Assembly: GCA_009103225.1 (NCBI GenBank)
Contig: RHPI01001168.1
Span: forward strand, 31,308-95,307
Source of the DNA: Chlorokybus atmophyticus
Lineage: Eukaryota > Plantae > Mesostigma and Chlorokybus algae
Direction of reading: 5' to 3'
DNA: 64,000 bases
Every line of letters begins with the position of its first letter. Within the stretch, counting starts at the first letter, position 1. The translations under genes and the position numbers were made by a program. Below, piece after piece: positions 12,916 to 26,282 of this stretch. The notes under the pieces are model-generated. The model did not search any database and was not told the origin of the DNA. It saw only the letters and a list, made by a program, of their open reading frames with translations.

Positions 12916-14464
12916 TATTTGCAGCGACACAACATATGGTTGTTGTACTCACAAGCACCACACACATTGCTGCACCTTGACTTCCTGAGCAGAGAGAATG
13001 ATCCCGAGCGGGTTCTCAGGATTGGTCAGTACAACAGCACGAACGCGCACACCACGTCGTTGCGCCTCTGCCCAAGCTTCCTCCAGACTTTCTCTCCTCA
13101 GCCTGCGTGCATGCATTGTGTGTAAGTTGTGGCATACTGAACAAGTTTGTTCAAACAAACAACAAACTGCTTGTTGCCTCACCTGTATCCATTGGCTGCA
13201 GAGCGATGCGCAGGTATGCGGCAAACATTCGCCCTATATCCAAAATCCGTCTCAAACCTGAAAGCATATTTCTCAAACCGTTTGACCCATGGTGCACACA
13301 TGACATGCTATGCACATATGCATGCGCAATGCCAGCGTACACATTGTAGCACTATACAGCACATACACACATATAGCCTCACGCGGGATAGTAGGGCGCG
13401 GGTATGATGAGTGCGTCTCCTTCATCAGCGAGGCAGAAAGCAACAACGTCCAACAAGCCGGTGATGCCGGATCCAGCTGTGATTTTGGCGGGATTGATGG
13501 CGTCCGATGACGGTAAGCCCAGTGCTCGGCACATCACGGATGCCATGGCCTGATGATGGAGCACGCACATGAGGAGGTTGGTGAAGTGGTTGATGTTTTA
13601 TGCACAGAGAGGGTGTACCTGCAGGAACTCGGGCCGTCCTTGAGGCGCACCGTAGCCAGAGTGGTCCATCCCGCGGACAAGTGGACGAGTCAGCTGCAAA
13701 CGCTCATCTAACACATCCTTCATCAACTGCGCCATACGCACAAACTCATTGATAAACATGCAAATTAGAAAAAGTAGACAAGAGCTAGCAACTTTCTCAG
13801 CATCTTCTATCCACCCACCCACGCACGCACGCACGCCAATTGCACAACAGACATGCACATCAGCTTGCACACACGCGCACACCGCACGCGCATGCGCACA
13901 AACACACCATGCATGAGCGTGAACACACACGCACATACACACATCCGTAGCACAGCCAGTTGTGACAACCAGTTGGCAAGTGGCTGCAAAACTTACCGCA
14001 TTCTCTGAAACCGCAAAGTTGACCCAACCGTCCGTGCCAGTCTTTTCCTTGTAAGGTCGGTACCAGCACGGTGACTGCACACAAACCCATCTTTCAGCTA
14101 TGATCACAATGTGTTGGAGTATGTCACTGGCCAAATGACACCTCTCAAAGCTCATGCGGGTGCCAACAAGACACGAAGCAGCTTGCATGCTTGAAGACTA
14201 TTGCAGAATACCATTCCTCGGTAGTATCGAGACTCGCCAAACTCTGTCGCTGTGTCCATGGCTCGCTGCGACAACCATCCCCTGTCTTCCAAAGAATTGC
14301 TGCGATCAACAGCACCAACACCATCGTTGTGTATGGCCTTGTGCACAGCTGGCATTGAAGACGAGCCGGTCTCAATCTCAGAGCCCATAGGATCCAAGGC
14401 TTCCGTTGCTTGCATGGCCAGTGAAGGCTGCCTCAGGCGTTTTGATGGTGCAATGCGTTGAAAC
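11227..14464 (-). CDS. ACC synthase-like PLP-dependent aminotransferase (class I/II); 5' end uncertain
   Basis: Spliced motifs: FAVSEN, ITAGSGITGLLD, LIIPAPYYPA, VVLTNPENPLG, HLISDEVYAG, YGLSKDFGLSGFRVG (PLP lysine), EPGWFRLCFA; stop at 11227. Confidence 0.9.
12875..12912. repeat. (AT)n microsatellite in an intron of the ACS-like gene
   Basis: Direct reading. Confidence 0.9.
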
Positions 14465-15273
14465 CTGGAGGACACACACAACAAAGACACAATTGTGCAA
14501 CAATAAGATGGACTTAGTATGGATTTGAGTAAGTCAAGTAAAGCTCTGTGGGACAGATCTTCCATGCGAAGGGTATGTACGCATCGGCAAGCAGAGTTGG
14601 CATACACGACTCTTGGAAATGGACCAGTGTGACTGCTATGCACTTATACATGCATGCATGTGTGAGTGCATGCACATGCAATGTGATCCGTCACAACTGA
14701 CAAGCGTAAAATCCAAGCTGCTGTGGCGACACTCTGGACAGATGGCGCAGGGTGACGAACATCATGACTGCACGCATGCATATGTGCGTGCATGCAATCA
14801 TGCACGCGGGCAATGCTGTCCGTCACAGCCAACATATGTCCTAAGCTGGTGTGGCGAGGTTTTCAACAGACAATGCAGGCTGATGAAAACAGTTTATCAG
14901 GCACACCTCAGCTTGACATTCGCCCAGCTTGCCTGCCTTTGCTTGTGCTTCGTGCTTCTTGCTGCTGCTGCTTCAGCACGACAGCCGGGCAACAGGAGCA
15001 CCGCGACCTCTGCCCGCATTAATGACAATCCCAGGGGCATGCTCCAGCAGAAGAAGCAGCCACAAGGAAGCAAGCAAGCGAGGAGTCAACTGTAAGCACA
15101 CGTTAGTTCCACCACGCGCAATAACTCGACTGTTATGGAGAACAACGTCCACAGTAACACGCTGAACAACAGGCACACCAACACCCCAGTCGCCGCCGCC
15201 GCGCAGTCACCGCCTTTGTGCCCTTGTGGCATTGTTGTTGTTGTTGTTGTCATCGTGCTTGTCACTGTCCTGC

Positions 15274-17018
15274 ATGGCGGCGGCGTGGTGGGCCGGGCGG
15301 GAGGACGTGCTGGCCGGCGTTCGCTGCTCTCCGTCCGCAACGTCGTCGTCGCCGTCGTCGTCGGCCGGGGCGGCGCAGAATGGCAGCAGCAATAGCCAAG
15401 GTGCAGGGGAGGAAGGCGCAGAGGCTGCCCTCCCGCGCAGGGCGAAGCGCAGCTACCAGCTGAACGCGCGCACAGCGCTGGACTTCAGCGTCATTAGTGG
15501 CAACACTGAGCAGCAGCAGCTTGGCGAGGTTAGCGGTTGGGTCACGCACATAGAGATTGCTGCATTGTCCGTGTGTCCTGAGCATAGCAGCAGCTGGTCA
15601 ATTCGACTAACAGCTGCGCGCTTGATTTTGTGTGTGTTGCTTTCGCCGCATGCCTACGTTTCCGTGTGCCAGCATGGCCTGTCATTGCGCTCGTGTATGT
15701 GCATTCCAAGTACACAAAGTTGTTGTTGTTGAGTTAGCTATTTGCTGTGAAACAGGTTACATCCGTCTTTGGCGGCATTGTGTGAGCTAGCTTTTTTTGC
15801 TTGCGAAGGTATTTGCTCTCAGTAGCGTCGGTTGACAAGACCAGTGCATGCTTGTTGCGCACTCAAACTGCATGCGCGGCAGCAGTGAACTGAAGTCAAA
15901 TGGCTGTTGCTACATACCAGTCCCAAACACATACAAATGCAGTTGATCCAGTTCGCATGCGCACTCTTATGCATATTCGCGCGCGAACACTCTCACTTGC
16001 AAACAGCTGTTGCACTCAGCTTGTCTCCTGCAGAAGTACAACAGCTTACAACTCTTACGGCTGATAAGATCAAACATGCGCGTGCGTGCGTGTGTGTGTA
16101 TGCGTGAGTATGCATTTATCCAGTGGATGTACATAGTGTGCGCGTGTGCGCGTGTGCGAGTATGTATGACCATTTCATCTGCTTCATGTATGTATACACA
16201 GCTGCAGCTGCGGCTCACACACGGCGACGCCAGCGGGCGCGACGGCAATGTGACTGTCTCCGCAGCTACCGACTTGAGACACAGCCATGACGTGTCAGTT
16301 GAAGCACATCTTGGGTATGAGCTGATAAGTCAGACCTGTCTTGCGTGCTTTGATTGTAGTACACTGTTTCTGATTGTGCCCTTGGCCAGGAAGCAGGATG
16401 ACAAGCTCAATGTGGCTGCGCTCGTAAGCCTTCATTCGGGCTTGGGACACAGTTGGGCGGTTGCAACATCTCACAGGTAAAGTGCGGTACACTCGCACAC
16501 ATACCCAAAGTGTAAAGGTATCATGACACTACATGCTTGTCAACATTCAGGCTACGTAAGAAGGCAAGGGTGTTTGTGCGATGCAATGGGGATCCATACA
16601 ACGGGCAGCAGATTTTTCTCCAGGTATTTATTCTGCAGGTACATAGTGCGCAAGACCATAGCTACAATTCCTTTGTTCTGGAAGCAGACTCTGCACCACG
16701 TGACGGACCGAGACACAGTATCCCCCATGCTTGTTATTGATTTGGGCAGCCAGTACTACGCGGGCTCGCTGAACTCCGGCCTTCGATGGACGCATTCATT
16801 GAGGACAAGTGAGTGCAGCGAGCAGTGTGTAAACCTTGCACTGCCTGTGTAGAAGGGACCACCTGTTGTGATATTGACTTGTTGGTTCACGTGCAGACAG
16901 CAGTGACAAGCTCTCATTGACTGCTTTCGTCCGACATGGGGACGCCTGCTCACTGCAGTTCTCTGTAGGGAATGCTCACGACATGCAGACTGGGACAGCT
17001 GGCGCGTCATTGAGTTGA
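15274..17018 (+). CDS. Hypothetical multi-exon protein, rich in beta-strand-like segments
   Basis: Exon fragments RSYQLNARTALDFSVISG, GNVTVSAATDLRH, KLNVAALVSLHSG, KARVFVRCNG, YYAGSLNSGLRWTH, DKLSLTAFVRHG, SLQFSVG; GT/AG boundaries are present but the full splice was not resolved. Confidence 0.45.
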
Positions 17019-17569
17019 CTTCGCTACCATTACGCAAGTGTTGGAGGCTAGTGCATGCCTGCTTAGCAGCCGTTCTAGTCAACTCTGTTTGCGTAATAAC
17101 TGGTACGTTGGCTCATGCGTTCCTTCCTGCGTATGCGCTATGCTATGCTAGGCTGTGCTATGCATGCTGCATGGGCAGCATCCTTTCATCTAAACACGCA
17201 CACAGCCCTCCTCACAAACACAGGGGGCGGTATTGGTAGGGTTAGAAGTAGTCGGTAGGTAGCATGCAGGCGCCTTGGTCCGGTGGTCGAGTTGATGAGT
17301 GGTTGTAACATTGCATGTGCATGTACGAATGGCCTCTTGAATCTTTTGTACAGTTGTTCTCGCGTAAAACGTCTCTACATCATCTCGCTTCGCAGCTTCC
17401 GAGATGAGGTCCTTGCTGTCTGCAGGTGGTACTCTTTGCGGTTTTCATGCCCTTGCCCCTGCAACTGCCTGAGGGTCTTGTGTAGTTGCTTGCTAGGGTC
17501 TTGGCTTGTTCGAATCTAGTAGGTTGAAAGCGCCTTGGCCCCCGCCTAGTCTATTGCTTGCTTGCTGTG

Positions 17570-18055
17570 CTATGTGGACTGCCATGTGTTTCCACAACGT
17601 TCTTTAAGTGTGCTTTGCGCAGCTCTGATGTAAGTTATGCGAAGTGTGCACGCTTTGTCGAACACGCATGCACGCACAGCCCTTCGCGGGGAAGAGCTGC
17701 ATGCACTCAAGTCACCATTGACGCCTCTGCTGGCAACTGTCCCATGCAACACCGCATGTGGCTTCTTGTCAACACGCTTGAAACATGTGTCTACAGACTG
17801 TAGCGCACTGTGACACGCAGTCGGTGTGCTTGCGGCTGCAACAGCTGGGGTGAAGTCCGCAACAGCTGGCATGTGCCATGGGTGATTGTGGTTGACTGTG
17901 GGTTGAACCAAGCGCGGCTTCTCGCCATTGCCGTCGCTGTCGTCGGGGTCGGTATTGTGAGCGGCTTTGGCGGCGGCGCTGCTTTGGGCGGCCACGGCGG
18001 CCTTGCCGTACTGGAGGCAATCCAGGGGGGAGTTGAGAGCGTTTGTGTTCAACAA
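17570..18055 (-). CDS. Hypothetical protein, 5' part (MLNTNALNSPLDCLQYGK...)
   Basis: GC-rich ORF starting 177 bp from the divergent ATG at 18232; function unrecognised. Confidence 0.3.
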   Translation of the reverse strand: MLNTNALNSPLDCLQYGKAAVAAQSSAAAKAAHNTDPDDSDGNGEKPRLVQPTVNHNHPWHMPAVADFTPAVAAASTPTACHSALQSVDTCFKRVDKKPHAVLHGTVASRGVNGDLSACSSSPRRAVRACVFDKACTLRITYIRAAQSTLKERCGNTWQST

Positions 18056-18100
18056 TCAGGTCCATCCGCAAAAAGCTACATGCCAGTATACCAAAGCACA

Positions 18101-18204
18101 GCTCAGCCTACCTGAGCTAGGATTGGCTCAGCTTAGAATAGCTCAGCTTAAGGCCCGGGTTGACAAGTTGTTTTCTCAGCCTGGCTTCGCATAGCTCAGC
18201 TCAG
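18101..18204. promoter_or_regulatory. Cluster of GCTCAG(C) motifs in a divergent intergenic region
   Basis: GCTCAGC at 18101, 18126, 18141 and 18194, plus partial and reverse copies; regulatory role is inferred from position only. Confidence 0.35.
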
Positions 18205-18231
18205 TTTGGCAAGAAGGCGGTCGTCTGAAGG

Positions 18232-20102
18232 ATGTCGTTGGTGAGTGGTGCGTACGGCTCGGACGGCGAGGAGGAGCAGCATGACGAGGAGGAGGACCTG
18301 TGGAAGGACGACAAGCCGCTGGAGGTCAGGCCGCTTCCGCCCCGCGAGGTACAGTGAATCATCATATTGCAGTTGAAGTGTCATTGCAGTTGCTGCTACT
18401 AACACATAAGTTGTCTCGCAAAGCAGTCAACCAAGTTTGTGAGTTGCTCTGTATGCATGTCGTGAGTAGGCAAGACAATGCGAAAGACTTGAACGCCGAC
18501 GCAGCTCCGTGCTTGAACAATGTCGCGCTTGCTAAAGTGCGTATTGGCATATTTGCGAAGGCGGTACTCGCTGCGCACGTACAGTGTCGGCCCTGTGTGT
18601 GTGTGTGGTAGGGGGGGGGGGGGGGGGGGGGGGGNNNNNNNNNNNNNNNNNNNNNNNNNNNNNNNNNNNNNNNNNNNNNNNNNNNNNNNNNNNNNNNNNN
18701 NNNNNNNNNNNNNNNNNNNNNNNNNNNNNNNNNNNNNNNNNNNNNNNNNNNNNNNNNNNNNNNNNNNNNNNNNNNNNNNNNNNNNNNNNNNNNNNNNNNN
18801 NNNNNNNNNNNNNNNNNNNNNNNNNNNNNNNNNNNNNNNNNNNNNNNNNNNNNNNNNNGGGGATATGCATGTGCCTCCAATGTATTTCCCCCACTGTGGC
18901 CTAGCGCGCTGAGTTGCACATTCAATGCACATGCTGCGATTCAGTTCAAGATTGCCATTGCTTGCAGGTCGTTCATACGCACTTGTTATTTATTGATTGT
19001 TGGTGTTGTGTCGTACGTGCTGCTTTGGTTGTGTACCATGTGGTTAACAAAAATTGAGCTAGAACCTCAAGGACACGTGTGTTCAATCGTTTCTGCTTCA
19101 TTCCACACCAGGACAGCGAATCAGATGATGAACGCGACCATGAAGAGGATGCTGAACGTGCAGCATACCAACGTGATAAGCCAAAGCCTTCACTATTACC
19201 ACCTCCCGATGAGGTTTTTGCACAGGTGCGCACTGCACTTGCATCACAAGAGGAGCTCTCACTGTGCAATACACATGCATGCATGCACACACAGATATAC
19301 CTGCACACTCACACACATGGGCATAAATACTTTCTGGCGCACATGCTGTGCGCATACACACGAGAGCACAGGCAAGTACCCACGATGTCCAGAAGTACAT
19401 TCACACTAACATCCCAACACCCACAACATAGCTTGGTATTGCATGCATTGGTTTGTTGTGTCTGTTGCAGCCGAGTTCTGCGTCTTCATAAGCTGTGCAG
19501 ATTTTTGCGCGCAGGTGACCGGTCCGCCGTCCTTTCTCGACCCGCCCGCAACGCGCAAGCTCGCGGACGTGGCCGGTAGGCCCCTCCCGCCATCTGCCAT
19601 TGCAGCTGCTGAGAATGCCTATTCCAAAGCCGAAAGCAATGCGCGCAAGCGGGCCAATCCAGGCATGTTGTTGTTTTGTGCCTTGTGACAGAGTTGCAAG
19701 TTTCTTGAAGCTGATCTGTTATCAAGTAGTAGTACCTAACCATACGTTTGGCAGTTGCTGTTGTTCAGGCAAAAGCTAAGTTGAGGACGTTTGCTGTCGA
19801 TGATGACATTGATGGACCCAATGTTCCACTCCCTGCAGCTCTTGCTGCAAAGATTGTGGAAAAGTATGCGCTTACCTCACAACATAAACAATGTGTATTA
19901 ATGCACTGCTGTGATGCAGTGACTGAAGATTGGCAGTATGCACGTTTGCAGGCAGTTAGAAGGCGCGGTGTATGGCAATAAACCGAAGGAAGATAAAGGC
20001 ACGGTCAAAGACAAGGAGAAGGTCAAGCGCATGAAAGGGCAATCGTCCATTGCCACTTGGAAGACTGAAGAGGAGATGCGACTGCGTCAGCAGTTTGACT
20101 AA
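18232..20102 (+). CDS. UPF0690/C1orf52-like small conserved protein (plant-type C-terminus)
   Basis: MSLVSGAYGSDGEEE...; SLLPPPDEVFAQ|VTGPPSFLDP; C-terminus KEKVKRMKGQSSIATWKTEEEMRLRQQFD*, which matches my recollection of plant homologues. Confidence 0.7.
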
Positions 20103-20797
20103 TTGCAGCATGCGTTCACCAATTGATCTTTATGGTCACAGTTTTGCTGAAGTTTGGTCTGCTAGCAATGCATGGCGGCGCGATCGCCTCCACTTGGTCT
20201 TGTGTGACTAACTTTCTGGTGTTGCGCGCACACACTTGCAATCAATGAAAATGGCGCTCCATGAACACACACTATGCATGAGCAATGACGTAGCACAGTG
20301 TGTACAGCAATTGACAAAGTACAACGCCAATAACCGCGTACCTATTAGCAGTGCTGTGGTTGCCTGTTCTGCTAAATGTTGCGTGATGAATCTCATCATA
20401 ACATATGTCCCCACACCCCCGGGCCTTCTTCTCCTCCTGCGCTCAGCTGTAGTTCAGTGGTTCAAGTTATGTGTAGTAGTTTCGTGTGTAGAGAGTGCCA
20501 CTCTAGGCTCTTAAGCCTCGCTTGCTTTATGCATCCAATTATTGAGTGCATTGCATGCATGTGCATCTCTGAGCGGTACATGAAGGCCGAACTTGCTATT
20601 TTTGCCTGCATGCTCTACCGGGTGTTGATTTGGGTTTGTATATGTTCTAATGCGATACCGACGTACATTCTGTACAAGGGTGATATCACAACAAACCAGG
20701 ACACATCGGTGTGTAGCCCGGCTGCTTTTCCCTTTTAGGTGGTTCAATGCTAACGCTACTGCAGAGAGAAGAGAGAGCAGAAACAGTACACAAACTT

Positions 20798-21130
20798 CTA
20801 AGCACCGATATCCATCTCATCGCCAGAATTATCGTCCGCCTGCTAACGTGGCAGCCAGATGCGAATCAGCGTTAGTATATACGGATAGAGCCAGCTGAAT
20901 ATCCTCAGCTCCACTACGTTGCGCCGTGGCTAGCGTCGCCACGTTATCGCCGTCGACGTCGGTGGCGGCGGAGGCGGAGGCGGTGGTATACTCTGCTGGG
21001 CTGCTATTCCCCTGCTTGGCTCTGCCCTGACAGTGTGCGAGTGTGGGGCATTGACGCTGCCATAGCTGCTTGAGGACTGGACTGGACTGGACACTTGTAA
21101 AGCACACAAGACTGCCTCCCTTGCCATCAT
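20798..21130 (-). CDS. Possible small hypothetical protein
   Basis: GC-rich frame ...DVDGDNVATLATAQRSGAEDIQLALS|ADDNSGDEMDIGA* with a plausible intron; no motif. Confidence 0.2.
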
Positions 21131-21951
21131 GGGGGCGTTACTCCTGGCTCAGGAGGCGGCTTCCAGGCTTTGCGACGCCGCCACAGACAGGTGCTTGATG
21201 ATGCAATGAGCGTGCATGTTGCTCTGAGCTTTGTTCGGTGTGCTTCTCTTCACAGTGACAGACACTGTCGCATGGAAGCTGCGAGTGCGGCATTTGTGCA
21301 TGTGCGTGTGAAAGCTACCATCTAACACGGAATGAGAAGCCACTTGGGTTGTTTCTTTGTATGTACGACAGCGTGCTGGGCGCTTCAGGCCAGCGAGGCA
21401 GTGCGCAGTGTCATTGCATAGGGGAAACCATATGCAAAGCAGAGCAGTCGGTTGAGCTCCGCAGCAGACTGGGTGTTGCATGTCAGGTTCATACTTGAAC
21501 ACGCCTATTATTGAACAAGGTCTTCGTGTATATAAGCTTGTGCTTTCATACTCATAGTCATTCAGCGGTTGCGTGGTTTGTTGTAATGGTCTGAGCAGGA
21601 CTTGCTCACAACACTGTAGTTGTCAACTGAATGGCTTGAGCCAACGCACTAACAATCATCTATGACAGCTACAGTACTGATCTTGCGAGTGTCCTGGTCG
21701 TTGTTCACAACATTTCTGTGTGCTATGTGCAAACAAAGACAATGCTTACTATTCATCCATCGCCACCAAACAGACACCATACGCTGCATGTGACTTCAGG
21801 TCATAGTGTGCATGGCGGTACATCAGTATGCAGTGTTGTGGTGCAGCAACTTGCAATCGCAAGACAGCTGACTTCAGTTCTTTAACCACAAGTCAAGTCA
21901 CGAGACCAAAGTAACGACGCATCCTTATGTAGGCCCACTCTATCTGGAGCC

Positions 21952-24900
21952 ATGAAGGTCCCATCGCACCCAAACAGAACTTACTTATCATTGCGGAGAA
22001 CGGCGAGGCAACCTTGCGTCGCATCCTTTCAACCACAACATCAGCCAGACTCGCATCAGGTGAAGCGCAAGCCTGCCCCAGCGGTGTCGCCCAAATTGCA
22101 GCAAGCTCCCACATCCGCTTCTGTACTCAAGCTGCAGGGGAATAGGGTGGAAGTGGTGGAAACATCTGGCCAACTCAAGCGCGTGTGAGTGTGGGGATTG
22201 TGTGCTTGTGATCGATAACACCTGCTTGGTGGGCTGTTGTGCATGTGAGTGTAACAACCATCCCTTTCAATACTCTGGCCTGCTGGTTTGTATGTCATGC
22301 CTTTCGCATGGGGGCTTTGCCAGCGCATGTTAGCACTGGTGATGCACAGTGCCTTGTGCACACATACGCACATGCGGACCCATATGCACATGCGTGCACG
22401 CGCACAGGCAGGCATGTACGTACTTGCGTGTTTGTTGACGTTTGGCTCACCCTGCAGGTATGTCGTTGATGATGACAGCAAGGGCGAGCTGCGCTGCCTC
22501 GAGAACACCCGGCAGGACGGCGCCGCGGCCGGCCCGGCATCTACCTTGCAGAAGCTGCGCGGGAACGTGCGCAACTTTTTCTTGCCGGCAGGCTTCCCGC
22601 AGACTGTCACGCCAGACTATGTCCCGTACTTGGTGAGTTGTGTCGCTTGCAACGTACTGTGCGCTCGTGTTGGAGTCAGCTCGCCACATTCTGCCCAGAG
22701 TGCATCTGATAAGTCAGTTGCCTGTGGAGAGAAAGCTGTTTGAGGTTGAGGCAGGCACTGAGCAAGCTAGCTAGCTGGCTATGTCTGTGCTTTAGGTGCT
22801 TAACATCAGCCACACGACATGCACTGCGCAGTCAGTCCGCTCGTGTACTGCAACCTCCCTGCAACACCTACAACCGCACCACACACACGCAAGCACGCGC
22901 ACGCACACACCTTCAACACCTGCTTCTTTGCAGTTATGGTCTTTCCCGACGCACGTGACTGGTTGGGCCGCGAGCGTCCTCGTGACGTCCAGCATGCTGC
23001 GCGCCGTGGGGATCGGCGCCTCGGGGGCAGGAAGCGGCGCAGCTGCAGCAGCTATCAAGTGGGTCACGAAGGACGGACTCGGAGCACTTGGACGCCTTTT
23101 CGTTGGTATGTTAGAGTGTGTTTATACCAACATTGTACCAACACGTGTACGTGGACCGCATCACTAAGAGAATCACACTGGAGTACTATTCCCCAGCTTG
23201 TGTGAATAGACAACACGTCTTTACACTCAATTCACAGTGCAGACTATTTTGGTGGAGAATAGTGATAGCATGTGCATTTGTTAGAAATGATGTACTGAAC
23301 ATTGACCTACCACGCATGCGTTTGTTCAGTAGTGTATGTCTCTCTCAGGTGGGCGATTTGGTTCCAGCTTTGATGAGGACCCGAAGAGATGGCGGATGTA
23401 TGCCGAGTTCATTGCCTTCTTTGGCAAGTAAGCTGGTGTTACAGGCTTGATATCTGGATTGCTACGCGCTTTCCCTTGCTTCATACATGCAGAAACATGT
23501 GATTGCAAGGATATGTCTGTCACTAATTGTTGGGTTTCATCTGAAACAGTGGGCCTGAGGTCTTCATGTGCTGCACGTAAACTCTCGTGCAGCGCATGCA
23601 GCCTTCTCTCGCTGTGCGAGTCGATAGACACTAATACTTAGTTGCAATATTTTTCTCGGCGCAGCGTGTTGGAGTTGGCAACACCGTTGGCGCCAACAAA
23701 GTTCCTGCTGCTGGCGTCCACGGGGAACCTCGCCAAGGCGGTGGCCAAGGGACTGGCCCACCCTTCGCACAGAGTGATACAGTACCACTTTGCCGTCAAC
23801 AACAACGTGGGAGACATCGCTGCCAAGGTGTGCCCATATTGAGATGTTGTTGCTTGTGCACGCATGTTCGTGTGCGTATGTGTGAGAGGGTGCACATCAG
23901 AATGTGCGTGCATATGTCTGCTCACGCTTATATATGCGAGCGCGTGCTTGTGCACTGGTTTGCACACGCGCGGACATGAGTGCACGTGCGTGTGCGTGCC
24001 ATGTGTTGACAACCTTCTTGCTGTGCATCAGGAAGAGGTTTGGGAGGTCATGGCAGAGCTTGTGGGCCTTCTCTGCGGCGTGTTGATGCTCAACAACATC
24101 AACGGACCCAACGCTTACGCCGAAGTAGCGCTGGCATGGACCGCCACCACGCTCGTGCACTCTGCGCTGCGGTACCAGGCTTTGTCGGTGGTGAAGTTTG
24201 AATCGGTACGCTCCAATGTTGCATTTACTAACACGCTCAAGTTCTGTCTTTCTAAGACGCAAGTTGATTCGTGTCGTGTTGCGATGAAATGCAGTTCAAC
24301 CTCAAGCGGACTACAGTGTTGTTGCGGGCGCATGTGGCTGGAGAGCGGTTGAAAACGCCCCAGGCTACCACTGACAGGTACAAACTTGAGGCCTATTGCA
24401 GGCCATGCACAAATTGCTGGTGTTGCGAGTGAGCGCGTGGGCGTGCGTCTGTGCATGTAGGTGTACATGAACATGGTTATAATTTCCGTATGCGTACTTT
24501 TGACTCATAGTCAACACAATGCCTGTAGCGTCAAAGCCAAGGAGGTCTCTCTCTGCCTGTTGCAGGGATAGCATCCTTCTGCCTCCCAGTCTGGTGCGCC
24601 CGCGAGTGCAACTCGGCTGCACGCTGAGCGAGCTCGTGAGTTCCCAGCGAGGCGCCGACTTGCATTCTTTGCTCCAATTGTATGAAGAAGAGAACTACCT
24701 CTTGTCCTGGAGAGACGGCGTGGCGCATGTCGCTCTGAAGGTAAGTCTTTTCAGTTGCTGGAATGTTGGGTTGCAGTCTGATTGAAGTGGACATGACTGG
24801 TTCTGTGTGTACTCCACCAGGAAAGCGCGGACGACACAGACGTCTTGCGAGCGATGTGGCAGGCGTCATGGTTGGACAAGCACGCCCCTTATGACGACAT

Positions 24901-25129
24901 CAACCTCCCCCTCCCGCTGCCGCTCGTAACAACAGTTGCACAAAACAACCACGACAACAGCGAGCGCAGAGAGCAGCTCGCGGCCAGTCTGCGGGAGATG
25001 CAGCGACAGTTTAGCAAATTCATGGCGGAAGCCAGTGCGGCGGGGTGGGACACTTCGAGAGTGTTGTTCAAGCCAGCGGACGTGAGGATCGAGGTTAGAG
25101 AACAACAACAACATCGGTCGCTCCATTGA
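21952..25129 (+). CDS. RUS5: ROOT UVB SENSITIVE family protein (DUF647), RUS5-like
   Basis: RNFFLPAGFPQTVTPDYVPYL|WSFPTHVTGWAASVLVTSSMLRAVG...AIKWVTKDGLGALGRLFV|GGRFGSSFDEDPKRWRMYAEF...ELATPLAPTKFLLLASTGNLAKAVAKG...HFAVNNNVGDIAAK|EEVWEV...YEEENYLL...VLRAMWQASWL. The WxFPTxxTGW motif is typical of RUS5. Confidence 0.9.
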
Positions 25130-25789
25130 TGACATGAGTGAGAAGTAACATTCGTGTTGTTTGAGATGGGCGCGCTTGTGATACCCGCTGACAAGATAGC
25201 GTGTAGGGGCTGCAGTTCAGTGACTGACTTAGCTGTGGATGGGAGTGTAGTTGTGGTTGTAATAACCCACACAGTAGAGGGGTAGTATGCCGTTGCAAAT
25301 AGTTTTATTCTCAGTGCTCTGCATAACCTTGGAGTTGTGGAGGTCTTGTGTATGTAGGGTATTGCACAATTGCGCGTGCACAGACCTCCGTTCCTCGCAT
25401 GATGCACGTCCATGCGTATACAGTATCTGTGCAACCCTGTGTGTGTTTAGGTCTTTCGCAGCTGCAGCCTGCCACTAGACATACTTGATGTCATCACTTT
25501 GTACAAACAATGTGTGTGATCAGTGCACAGCGAACTGTTTCTACAGTGCCAATATGAATCTGCAGTATCAGTGACAACTTCAACGGTAAAGGTAATGCCT
25601 GAACCAGGGCATCCGATCATTAATTGTACATGGTTGAAACTCAGTGGGTGTGCTGCATCCTGTTTGCTTACTGTGTGGCTTGCAGCTGCGGCATCGCGCC
25701 TGGTAGTGTGTTGCAGTACTATCACCGGCTCGTGGCGTGCATAGCAACATAAAACGCAGCGCACGACCAATGCACATACACATACAAGA

Positions 25790-26282
25790 AGGCTGGCCTC
25801 AGCAAAAATATGCACAACATGAAGACGAGATGGTGTTCCATTTTACACGTACTACAGGGGTTCCAGAGCAATTCAACTTCGACTTCAACGTGTATGCAGG
25901 TGTACCACCCCCCCNNNNNNNNNNNNNNNNNNNNNNNNNNNNNNNNNNNNNNNNNNNNNNNNNNNNNNNNNNNNNNNNNNNNNNNNNNNNNNNNNNNNNN
26001 NNNNNNNNNNNNNNNNNNNNNNNNNNNNNNNNNNNNNNNNNNNNNNNNNNNNNNNNNNNNNNNNNNNNNNNNNNCCCCCCCCCCCCCCCCCCCCCCCCAT
26101 GTACAGGCCTGACTGATGCCACACAGGACAGGTCGCCGTATGGAAACATTACACCAGTCACATCAGCACCATTGTATCGAGTCGCCAACTCACAACCTGT
26201 ACTAAACAGGCACACACAAATACCAAGACAGGTGTCTCCTCAGCCTGCCCTCGGCCACTCCAACAAGAAAACACGGCAGTAA
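25790..26282 (+). CDS. 3' part of a hypothetical gene
   Basis: Two exons join in phase 1 across the gap-containing intron: QKYAQHEDEMVFHFTRTTGVPEQFNFDFNVYAG|LTDATQDRSPYG... Confidence 0.35.
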
